From a virus: a DNA stretch of 64,000 bases. The notes under the pieces were generated by a model. It was not told where the DNA came from and did not search any database. It was given only the letters and a program-made list of their open reading frames with translations. Shown here piece by piece: positions 1 through 7,893 of this stretch. How positions within the stretch are numbered: position 1 is the first letter of the stretch; each line of letters opens with the position of its first letter. The DNA lies in the IMG/VR virus record IMGVR_UViG_3300050016_000116, positions 35,645 through 99,644 of that record; one strand, 5' to 3'. Both the position numbers and the translations under genes were made by a program.

Positions 1-45
1 TGGGGTGAAGGTTCGTGGTAGGTTCTCGGTTCTCTGGAGGCGCAC

Positions 46-741
46 ATGAGGAAGAGGGAAGAGAAGAAGGTCACGGAAGGACCGAGGTTCACGGGAGCCC
101 TTCCCACGCTCACGGCGCTCCCGGTCGTGAAGCCGAATACGTGGAACCCGTTCGCGATGACCCCCTTCATGCGGGAGTCTCTCAAGCACGGGCTCCAGAC
201 GGATGGGTGGCTCTCTTCCCAATCACTTCTCATCTGGGCGTCTGACGAGAAGGGGAAGAGCAAGAACATCATCATCGACGGTGAGCACCGCTGGACGGTG
301 GCTCTGGAGCTGGGCTTCAAGGAAGGTCCGATGGTCTTCCTGCATAAGATCACCGAGGCCGAGGCGAAGAAGCTCACTGCGGCGCTGAACAACAAGCACG
401 GGCGTCCGGACGATGACAAGATGGGTGCTCTGCTCCGCTCCATCCAGTCCGAGGAGGCACCGACTTCGCTGGACGTCGGTATCGAGAATGACCAGCTGAT
501 GAAGCTCCTCGCAGAGCCCAAGATCCCGATGAAGGATCCGGACGGACCGGGTGCCAACGGGAAGCCGGAGTCCCACGATCCTCTCCCTGCGTCCAACGCG
601 AGGATGGTGCAGCTCTACTTCGTGAAGGAGACCCACGAGGAGTTCACGAAGCTCACGCGTGCGCTCGCAGAGAGGTACAACGTGAAGAACACAACCGACG
701 CTGTTCTCGAAGCGTGCCGCCAGGCTTACAAGAAGAAGTAG
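46..741 (+). CDS. ParB-like N-terminal domain protein with a possible C-terminal ribbon-helix-helix; likely partner of the TET/JBP dioxygenase
   Basis: NTWNP...IIIDGEHRW ParB/Srx motif; GGAGG RBS upstream; C-terminus MVQLYF (strand) followed by two helices; directly upstream of the TET/JBP gene. Confidence 0.8.
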   Translation: MRKREEKKVTEGPRFTGALPTLTALPVVKPNTWNPFAMTPFMRESLKHGLQTDGWLSSQSLLIWASDEKGKSKNIIIDGEHRWTVALELGFKEGPMVFLHKITEAEAKKLTAALNNKHGRPDDDKMGALLRSIQSEEAPTSLDVGIENDQLMKLLAEPKIPMKDPDGPGANGKPESHDPLPASNARMVQLYFVKETHEEFTKLTRALAERYNVKNTTDAVLEACRQAYKKK

Positions 742-745
742 CCAC

Positions 746-1621
746 GTGCTCGTCCAGCTTCGCTCCCAGGCTTCCGCAGACGAGGTCAAGAAGCTCATCG
801 CTTCCCGACCCGCACCCGAGCACGCGTCCCTCTTCCTCACGCAAGAGGCGACGATCTACAAGCCGAACGGGGACCGACTTCTGACGCTCGTGCGAGGGGG
901 CATCTCCGAGAAGACCGCGGAGAGAGCGCGACCCTTCTATCACTCCCTCCACACTGTCATGACTCGCAATCGCGGTGCCTACGCTGGCGCCAGAAGGGCT
1001 CGCCCGGTCAGGAGCAACGGTACCCTGTCCAACACCTTTGAGACCGTCCCGGTGCGTTCCTGCATCCTCGGAGCTATGGATCGCTACCCTCGCAATCCCT
1101 TCTGCCGGCAGGCAGCGATCGTCGGGCAAGATCCTGAGGGATGGGAGATCGGACAGGAGCTTGTGCGGGAGGTCTCAGACGTCTTCAAGAGCCACTACCC
1201 CGAGCGGTTCCTCATCCAGCAGGCAATCGCAGAGACCACCCACAAGGACTACATCATCAAGGGCACCCCCTTCACGACCATCACCGTGAACAACACGGTT
1301 CCTGCGGCCTATCACCGCGACGCTGGCGACTTCAAGCCGGGCTTCGGGGTCATGACGGTTCTTCGGCGTGGCATCTACCGAGGGTGTGAGTTGGTCCTCC
1401 CTGCGTTCGGCGTGGCAGTCGACCTCCAGGACCGGGACGTCATCCTGTTCGATGTCCACGAGGTCCACGCCAATCTCCCTTTCATCGCGACGCAGGGGAA
1501 AGAGGTGGAGGATTGGGAAAGGATTAGCATAGTAGCGTATTATAGAGAACGAATGATAGATTGCCTTCCACCTCGGGAAGAGGTTGAGAGGGCGAATAAT
1601 CTACATGGGACGGTTCGATGA
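746..1621 (+). CDS. 2OG-Fe(II) dioxygenase, TET/JBP family (5-methylpyrimidine dioxygenase)
   Basis: TPFTTITVN, HxD (YHRDAGD), distal His (VHANLP), RISIVAYYR 2OG-binding Arg motif. Confidence 0.85.
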   Translation: MLVQLRSQASADEVKKLIASRPAPEHASLFLTQEATIYKPNGDRLLTLVRGGISEKTAERARPFYHSLHTVMTRNRGAYAGARRARPVRSNGTLSNTFETVPVRSCILGAMDRYPRNPFCRQAAIVGQDPEGWEIGQELVREVSDVFKSHYPERFLIQQAIAETTHKDYIIKGTPFTTITVNNTVPAAYHRDAGDFKPGFGVMTVLRRGIYRGCELVLPAFGVAVDLQDRDVILFDVHEVHANLPFIATQGKEVEDWERISIVAYYRERMIDCLPPREEVERANNLHGTVR

Positions 1622-1662
1622 TCCCGCTGAGTTTTGGAGGAACGTAAAGAAGCGGTCTGGAA

Positions 1663-2583
1663 GTGATGAGACAACGGCCATTCTTGGGTGCATCTGGGTC
1701 GTTAGATGACGACTTCAAGACGTTCGCCAAGGCGCAGATCAAGACAGGAGACCTTGACCCGACCTACTGGCTCCTGAAGCGAGCCTACGCGCGGGAAGGT
1801 CTTACGAAGGACATCGCTCTCTGGCGCACGCTTCTCTACGTGACTTGGTACCACCTCGGGTCATCGGAGAAGATGTGGACCCTTTTCCGATTCCCTCAGA
1901 AGATCCGTGAGCAGTTCGTGAAGGGACTCTCCACGGGAACGGAGCGAAGAGGGTTCAGGGGGAACGTCAACGCGGCTGCGTTCATCAACGACGTCCTGAA
2001 CCGTGCTGCTACTTGCGGGGGAACTCTTCACGGGTGGATTGAACGAGTCGCAGGAGGGCACCTCTGGGCTTTTGGATGGAACAACATTCAGGTTGAGCTG
2101 ATGATGGTGAAGAACGCAGGACCGTGGGCGAGCTACAAGTGGGCTGACCTTCTCAAGAACGTTCACAACTACGACATCACTGCGCCCGATCTCGGAGTCG
2201 GAGGAGGGAGCGCGACAGCGGGACCTATCCCGGGGATGGTTCGGCTCACTGGCAAGGACTGGAAGCAGTGCGCAACGGACATAGGACTTCAGTGCGCGCT
2301 TCTCGATCGCTACGTGGCGGAGGGTGTTCCCTTCTCGGGTCTCGACCAGTTGGAGACGGCGCTCTGCGACTTCAACTCGCTCTGCAAGGGCGGGTACTAC
2401 GTGGGGCACGACATCGACGGGATGATGAGTAATCTGCCTCCGAACAGTCCTCTCTGGCTCTCCCGAGACGTCTTCACCGAGTCAGTGCGCGGTGAGCGCC
2501 AAGGGTGGAACGGGGTTCGGAAGGAGCGGAAGAGCGTCTACAAGAACACGGGGCGAATCATCCTCCCTTGGGAGCAGATGTGA
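1663..2583 (+). CDS. Amino acid:DNA transferase (aGPT-Pplase2/AADT family)
   Basis: GDLDPTY, TGTERRGFRG, GPWASYKWADL and ETALCDF...YYVGHDI motifs typical of this glycosylase-fold family; gene context. Confidence 0.8.
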   Translation: MMRQRPFLGASGSLDDDFKTFAKAQIKTGDLDPTYWLLKRAYAREGLTKDIALWRTLLYVTWYHLGSSEKMWTLFRFPQKIREQFVKGLSTGTERRGFRGNVNAAAFINDVLNRAATCGGTLHGWIERVAGGHLWAFGWNNIQVELMMVKNAGPWASYKWADLLKNVHNYDITAPDLGVGGGSATAGPIPGMVRLTGKDWKQCATDIGLQCALLDRYVAEGVPFSGLDQLETALCDFNSLCKGGYYVGHDIDGMMSNLPPNSPLWLSRDVFTESVRGERQGWNGVRKERKSVYKNTGRIILPWEQM

Positions 2584-3473
2584 TTCACCTTCAGGGCATG
2601 GGGGTAGTCGGTTCCCTTCTCGCGTGGCAGCTCCTCCAGCGGAAGGTTCCCTTCACGTGGAACGATGCAGAGACCAACATCAACGCGTGGAGCGCCAGCA
2701 CGGGCTGTATCTATCCTTCGGGAGACCCACTCGACACCATTGCCTACAACGTCTGGAAGAATTGGGTAGCCAGTCCTCCGTGGAGGGTACCCGGGATGGT
2801 CGAGACGTCGGGCTACTGGTTCTGCACGAAGTCAGCTCCCAACGGGTTGAAGGGCGGGATCGAGGCTCAGGTGGGACCTCTCCGGCGCTCCACCTTCCCT
2901 GCGATGAACTTCAACGCGCAGGCGTTCGTGGCCATGACCAGGAAGATGTTCGCGATGAAGCGGCTCACGTACTCAGCACCACGCGCAAAGAAGGTCGTGG
3001 TCACGCACGGATTCGGGGAGCGGCTTCACCACTACGTCTGGGGTTGGCATCGGAAGGTGAGGCTTCGCTTCCACGAGGACTTGGTCAACGCGGAGTTCTG
3101 CAAGCGCATGACCATCTCCCTCACGCGCGGGCGGTTCGTCATGGCGTACGCCTATCCCATGCCTGGCTATCCTGAGTGGTACTACGCGGGTTCTGACCGG
3201 GTGGTGCAGAAGACCGCCAAGGAGCTTGAGGTGCTCCCGAAGTATGAGGCGTGGCGCCGCAACTTCACGTCACTCTCGGGTGGGTTGATCGAGATCATGG
3301 AGGAGGGGGGAATCGCGCAGGGGTGGAGACCCGCAGGTCGTCCTGACGATGATGCGATGGTCATGGAACTCACTGGACGGTTCGGGTCAGTGTTGGTCAA
3401 GCCTCAACGAGGGAACGGGGTTCGGCACGCTCCTCTGGTCTGTCGAGCGGTGATGACAGCGTTGGGCTTCTGA
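2580..3473 (+). CDS. FAD-dependent oxidoreductase/lyase (DAAO/glycine oxidase-like), putative base-modification enzyme
   Basis: GTG start at 2580 overlapping the upstream stop (GTGA), with GGAG RBS; N-terminal GMGVVG Rossmann motif; C-terminal GWRP...GNGVRHAP. Confidence 0.75.
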   Translation: MIHLQGMGVVGSLLAWQLLQRKVPFTWNDAETNINAWSASTGCIYPSGDPLDTIAYNVWKNWVASPPWRVPGMVETSGYWFCTKSAPNGLKGGIEAQVGPLRRSTFPAMNFNAQAFVAMTRKMFAMKRLTYSAPRAKKVVVTHGFGERLHHYVWGWHRKVRLRFHEDLVNAEFCKRMTISLTRGRFVMAYAYPMPGYPEWYYAGSDRVVQKTAKELEVLPKYEAWRRNFTSLSGGLIEIMEEGGIAQGWRPAGRPDDDAMVMELTGRFGSVLVKPQRGNGVRHAPLVCRAVMTALGF

Positions 3474-3488
3474 CGGCACTCTCGGGGG

Positions 3489-4013
3489 ATGAACATGATC
3501 CTCTACGTTGTCGGTGCGCCTGGATGCGGGAAGACCACCCTGGTTCGTCGACTCCTGGAAGCGGACAACTACTTCAACGTTCGACCGAAGTGGACGATCG
3601 GGAACGGGCAGAAGGTCTGCGCAGCGGGGCACTATACGGGTGGAACGTTTGATGGAGCCGACACGGTTCCGTACAACGGGTTTCAGCTGGCGCTCGACTT
3701 CTGGAAGGCGAACCTCATCAACTTCGAGCTGACGATCTTCGATGGGGATCGCTTCAGCGACAAGCGCACGATCGAGTTCTTCCAGTCTCAACCCGTCCAC
3801 CAGCGGGTGATTCACTGCATCGCATCTGCGCAGCTCCTCGCAGAGCGCCGGCAGGAGCGAGGTTCGACTCAGAACCCCTCGTGGATGAAGGGACGGGAGA
3901 CGAAGTCTGAGCGCTTTGCCACTGACCTCTTCTCACCCGAGGACAACCGACTCATTCTCCAGATGCACGAGAAGCCGGAGAACTTGGAGCGGAAGGTGCG
4001 GAAGTGGCTCTGA
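3489..4013 (+). CDS. P-loop nucleotide kinase associated with base hypermodification (candidate 5-hydroxymethylpyrimidine kinase)
   Basis: Walker A GAPGCGKTT, GHYTGGTFDGADTV, IFDGDRF; clustered with the AADT gene. Confidence 0.7.
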   Translation: MNMILYVVGAPGCGKTTLVRRLLEADNYFNVRPKWTIGNGQKVCAAGHYTGGTFDGADTVPYNGFQLALDFWKANLINFELTIFDGDRFSDKRTIEFFQSQPVHQRVIHCIASAQLLAERRQERGSTQNPSWMKGRETKSERFATDLFSPEDNRLILQMHEKPENLERKVRKWL

Positions 4014-4417
4014 CCCCTTTCGCCCGATGGTGGCGGAAGGTCCGAGAATCACTTCAGGCGCGGTACTACGAGGGGCCACACCCTCCACGCAGGCTCAATG
4101 AGATCGTCCTAGCGTTTGCCAACGAGCACCCCGCAGCCACACGTCTGGAGTGGGTGACGTTCGCGATCGAGCACGCACGGGAGACCTACCGAACGGGATG
4201 GGTGCGGGGAATGGAGTACACCGAGCGGTCTCCCGAGGAGCGCACGGCAATTCGCACCGCCGATCCCGATGCAGCCGCGGACATGCTTGATCCGGACTGG
4301 AAGTGGCAGCCAGCGATCAACCTGGAGTACGACCCTCACGCGGTCCCCATTGCGCAGCCAGGGGAACGTGAAGCGATCGAGAGAATGTTCACGAAACCGA
4401 AGGAGAAGAAGACATGA
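4004..4417 (+). CDS. Hypothetical protein
   Basis: Overlaps neighbours in an operon-like way; core codon usage. Confidence 0.6.
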   Translation: MALTPFARWWRKVRESLQARYYEGPHPPRRLNEIVLAFANEHPAATRLEWVTFAIEHARETYRTGWVRGMEYTERSPEERTAIRTADPDAAADMLDPDWKWQPAINLEYDPHAVPIAQPGEREAIERMFTKPKEKKT

Positions 4418-4842
4418 CCGAAGAGACGAAGTGGGATCCGCAGTCGCTCCTGGGCAAGTTCGTGCTCTATGTGCCGGCGAAGTTCATCGGGAGGGTCACC
4501 GACTTCTTCGATGGGACTACGAAGAAGTTCACTTCCCCCATCAACAACCAGCAAGTGAAGGGTCCTGTTCTCCAGATCGATGGGCAGCACCATCTCGTCG
4601 CAGTCGAGTCCTCGTTCATCGAGCTTCAGGAGGGGGAGGCAGCGTTCTTCGCTGCGGTCCAGCAGGCGCTCACCGGAGCGCTCGCAGAGGTCGTGAAGAT
4701 CGGGGCGGAGATGAAGATCCCCCCTCCGACCCTCGCACTCCTCCTCGTAGCCACACTGCGGACGCAGGGCATGGCTTTGGAGGCATTCCACAAGAACGAT
4801 CTCCCCCAGCAGGCACCTCCCGAGACGGCATTCCAGGGGTAA
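4414..4842 (+). CDS. Hypothetical protein
   Basis: ATGA overlap with the upstream gene; RBS-like AAGGAG. Confidence 0.65.
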   Translation: MTEETKWDPQSLLGKFVLYVPAKFIGRVTDFFDGTTKKFTSPINNQQVKGPVLQIDGQHHLVAVESSFIELQEGEAAFFAAVQQALTGALAEVVKIGAEMKIPPPTLALLLVATLRTQGMALEAFHKNDLPQQAPPETAFQG

Positions 4843-4849
4843 GGCGCGA

Positions 4850-4869
4850 TTCGAAAAGCGCTTTTCGAA
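4850..4869. repeat. Dispersed 20-bp perfect palindrome TTCGAAAAGCGCTTTTCGAA (first copy)
   Basis: Exact copies start at 4850, 12155, 15491, 17820, 29770, 34472, 43277, 46468, 52278 and 62447; variants at 17635, 20186 and 24029. Confidence 0.97.
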
Positions 4870-4881
4870 TGGAGACCGACC

Positions 4882-5130
4882 ATGGCAGACCTTCCCCCGC
4901 AGAACCCAGGCTTGACCTCCAACGCGGCTCACAACGCGGCTGCTGCGCTCGTGGAGATGTACCGGGGCATCCTCGTGGACAACGAGCGGGAGAAGCAACT
5001 GCTGCGGATCCGGTTGCTGCGTCTGGAGGACGAGATCAAGAACATCAGGACTCTCTACGCGAACGTGGTGGGTGTGCAGCCGAAGGTGAGTGTCGCTGAC
5101 CCGCTACCCGAGGAACCGGAGCACGACTGA
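4882..5130 (+). CDS. Hypothetical coiled-coil protein
   Basis: GGAG RBS; heptad-like LLRIRLLRLEDEIKNI. Confidence 0.6.
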   Translation: MADLPPQNPGLTSNAAHNAAAALVEMYRGILVDNEREKQLLRIRLLRLEDEIKNIRTLYANVVGVQPKVSVADPLPEEPEHD

Positions 5131-5489
5131 TGCGCGGCTTCCTCTCCAAGACGTTCCAGGAACAGCTCCGGGTCTTCGACCAGGAGAAGGGGATCGATCA
5201 TCGCCTGGACTTCTGGGTGGAGCAGTTCGGGGGTGGAGCCGGGGCTTGGCTCCTCTGGAACTATCGCAAGCAGATCCACAACGCGGGTGCGGTCGACTTC
5301 CAGATCCCCAGGGAGATCCCCACACCTAACTGGATGCGAGTTGCACTTGAGGCGATCAAGAGACTCCCTTACTGGTCCGTGAATATCGTTGGAGGAACGA
5401 AGGACCCCATGAGGCGCTTCCGAGTTCGCTGGCATCGTCACGGTCACTTCAAACGCAAGCCGTCCCTACCCCCGGAGCAACTCTCATGA
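5130..5489 (+). CDS. Hypothetical protein
   Basis: TGATG coupling upstream and ATGA coupling to thyX. Confidence 0.6.
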   Translation: MRGFLSKTFQEQLRVFDQEKGIDHRLDFWVEQFGGGAGAWLLWNYRKQIHNAGAVDFQIPREIPTPNWMRVALEAIKRLPYWSVNIVGGTKDPMRRFRVRWHRHGHFKRKPSLPPEQLS

Positions 5490-7087
5490 CAATGGTGAAT
5501 TATTCGGTTCTTGATCACGGCTACTTGGGACTAGTGGAGAGCTGGGGGAGTGACGAGCGCATCGTGGAGGCGGCGCGCATGTCGACGGGCAAGGGTTTCC
5601 TAGGGTGGGGGCCGAGCACCGTTTGCCAGTGTGGTCGGGAGGTCACTGAAGCCAACGCGCTTGATCATCGCGAGTGCGGCTCACCCACGAAGTTCACGAC
5701 GAGCCCCGGTGACGAGAAGCTCCTTCGCTACCTCTGGGAGAACAAGCACGCGACGCCATTCGAGATGGCGGGGATGACGATCGAGGTGCAGGCGCCCATC
5801 TTCGTCTTCCGGGAGTGGCACCGGCACCGAACGCAATGCCTCGTCGGCGAGACGATGATCGCTTGCGTCTCGCCGAATGGCACGACCTATCAGCGCAGCA
5901 TCAAGAACATCTTCGACCTCAAGTACGGTGGTGTCGAAGACACGCAACCGCGAACGAGGAACGGGACGAGCCGGGGTGGCACGCCCGTCAGACGAGAGGC
6001 GCGGCGGGTGGTCCCGTGGCGCAAGCGTGTTCTGCCCAACTGCCAGGCGCGCGCTCTCCGCGTGCTCAACGAGACGACGGGAGAGTTCGAGACAGCGCCG
6101 ATGGCCGACGTTTGGGAGTCGGGCACGAAGCCCGTCTTCTGCGTGAAGACTGAGACCGGGCGCACCGTCGAGGCGAGCGCTGAGCACCCGTTCTTCACGC
6201 GCGACGGCTGGAAGAAGCTCAAGGAGCTTCGCGTCGGCGATTCGCTTGCTCGCATCGGCGTCGTCGCTACGCGTGAGCGACCGCTCCCTCCGGCGCTCCG
6301 GGCCGGCATCGGCGTGTGGACATCGATGATGAGGGCTCGCCTCATTCGGCAGCCGACGGACTTTTGTTATCTCTGCGAGACGGAGTTCAAGTTCTCGATC
6401 CTCGAACTCGACCACGTCGTGCCGGTGTCGGCGGACCTGTTGCGGGCGCTCGACGCGACGAACCTCCGCCCCATCTGCCCGCGATGCCACAAGAACAAGA
6501 GCGCTGCGGAGCAGCCCTCACGGGAGGGGATGACTCGCCGAGGCGTACGGTGGGAGCGCGTCGTCGAGGTCCGCGAAGTCGGCGACGCGCCTACCTACGA
6601 CATCGAGGTCGACGGGCCGCACCACAACTTCGTCGCCAACGGGCTAGTGGTCCACAACAGCTACAACGAGATGAGCAGTCGCTACATGCCGCTACCGGAC
6701 GTGAACTACATCCCGAGTGTTGAGAGGTTGATGCTCAATTCGAAGACGAACAAGCAGGCGGGGACGGTAAAGGGCTCGGAGGAGATGACTGAGCCGAAGG
6801 CTGGGGCGGTGCGTCATGCGCTGTCGCTCCTCTACGGGGACCAGCAGCGTGCATATGAGGAGTTCCTCAAGTGGGGCGTCCCGAAGGAGCTAGCCCGCGT
6901 CCACCTTCCCGTGGGTCGCTACTCGCGGATGCGCGCGAGCGCGAACCTGCGCAACTGGCTCGCGTTCCTCACGCTCCGGATGGACGAGAAAGCTCAGTGG
7001 GAGATCCGTCAGTACGCGAATGTAGTGGGGGAGATCATCTCTGCACAATTCCCGCGTACGTGGGCACTCTTCTCTGAGAAGCGCTGA
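5486..7087 (+). CDS. thyX: FAD-dependent thymidylate synthase ThyX containing an intein
   Basis: HATPFE and APIFVFREWHRHR; after splicing RHRTQ-SYNEMSSRY restores the RHRx7S signature; GVPKELAR, NLRNWLAFLTLR, AQWEIR. Confidence 0.95.
   Translation: MTMVNYSVLDHGYLGLVESWGSDERIVEAARMSTGKGFLGWGPSTVCQCGREVTEANALDHRECGSPTKFTTSPGDEKLLRYLWENKHATPFEMAGMTIEVQAPIFVFREWHRHRTQCLVGETMIACVSPNGTTYQRSIKNIFDLKYGGVEDTQPRTRNGTSRGGTPVRREARRVVPWRKRVLPNCQARALRVLNETTGEFETAPMADVWESGTKPVFCVKTETGRTVEASAEHPFFTRDGWKKLKELRVGDSLARIGVVATRERPLPPALRAGIGVWTSMMRARLIRQPTDFCYLCETEFKFSILELDHVVPVSADLLRALDATNLRPICPRCHKNKSAAEQPSREGMTRRGVRWERVVEVREVGDAPTYDIEVDGPHHNFVANGLVVHNSYNEMSSRYMPLPDVNYIPSVERLMLNSKTNKQAGTVKGSEEMTEPKAGAVRHALSLLYGDQQRAYEEFLKWGVPKELARVHLPVGRYSRMRASANLRNWLAFLTLRMDEKAQWEIRQYANVVGEIISAQFPRTWALFSEKR
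5837..6658 (+). mobile_element. Intein (274 aa) with an HNH endonuclease domain
   Basis: Starts CLVGET, block B ASAEHPFFT, ends HNFVANGLVVHN followed by Ser+1; internal CYLC...LDHVVP...NLRPICPRCHKNK. Confidence 0.93.
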
Positions 7088-7893
7088 TGCGCGAGGTCAT
7101 CATTGTTCCCCCAGAGAACTCGGCGCGAAAGGGGCGATCGTTCCGCGCAGTCTGTCTTGCGACGATTGAAGCGGACACACTCTGGGGGGAGACCATCACT
7201 GACGACACGCGCCCGGTGCTTGCGGTGTTCGCGGGTTCGGACCAGGAGATGCGTCCCTTCCAGGCGAACCTGCGAATGGGGAGGAAGGCGAACATCATCA
7301 ACGCGGGCAGGAACTCCTACCGGAAGAAGACAGACCGGATGGAGTTCCTGCGGTCAGTCGATTACGAGTACACGTGGCAGCGGGAAGCAGAGGGATCGAT
7401 CCTCACCGTGCGGCTCTCGGAGCTATTCATGCTCGACCCGGGGATGGTCGACCCATGGGGCGCCAAGTTCATCGTCCTCCCCTCCTCCACGTGGGCAGCA
7501 GAGCAGACGATCGATCCCACTCCCGCGGTGATGCACGTGCGAGGTCTTGGGTTCAAGGGTATCGAGCATGAACAGCTCACTGCTCTCGTGCCTCTTGCCG
7601 CTCTCTTCGCGGTATATCTCGACCGGCGCACGCGTTGTCCAATCGTCATGGACGAACGGTTCTACCTCCAGCTCTTCTGCGCCAGTCTCGGGCAAGGACT
7701 CGCATCGTTCGCGTGGGACGGGAGGTACAGCGAGGACTTCGGGGTGAACAAGTCGTTCAAGTTCTCGCAGGACACGGACGACGTTGGGTGCTTCGCGAAG
7801 GGTGTCGCGTTCAAGGCGAACCACGAGCAGATTGAGACCCTTCTCGCAGAGCAAACCACCTACTTCTTCGAGGCTACTCATGGCGCGTCCTGA
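7087..7893 (+). CDS. Hypothetical protein, coupled to the methylase-helicase gene
   Basis: TGATG coupling; 268-aa ORF with core codon usage. Confidence 0.7.
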   Translation: MREVIIVPPENSARKGRSFRAVCLATIEADTLWGETITDDTRPVLAVFAGSDQEMRPFQANLRMGRKANIINAGRNSYRKKTDRMEFLRSVDYEYTWQREAEGSILTVRLSELFMLDPGMVDPWGAKFIVLPSSTWAAEQTIDPTPAVMHVRGLGFKGIEHEQLTALVPLAALFAVYLDRRTRCPIVMDERFYLQLFCASLGQGLASFAWDGRYSEDFGVNKSFKFSQDTDDVGCFAKGVAFKANHEQIETLLAEQTTYFFEATHGAS

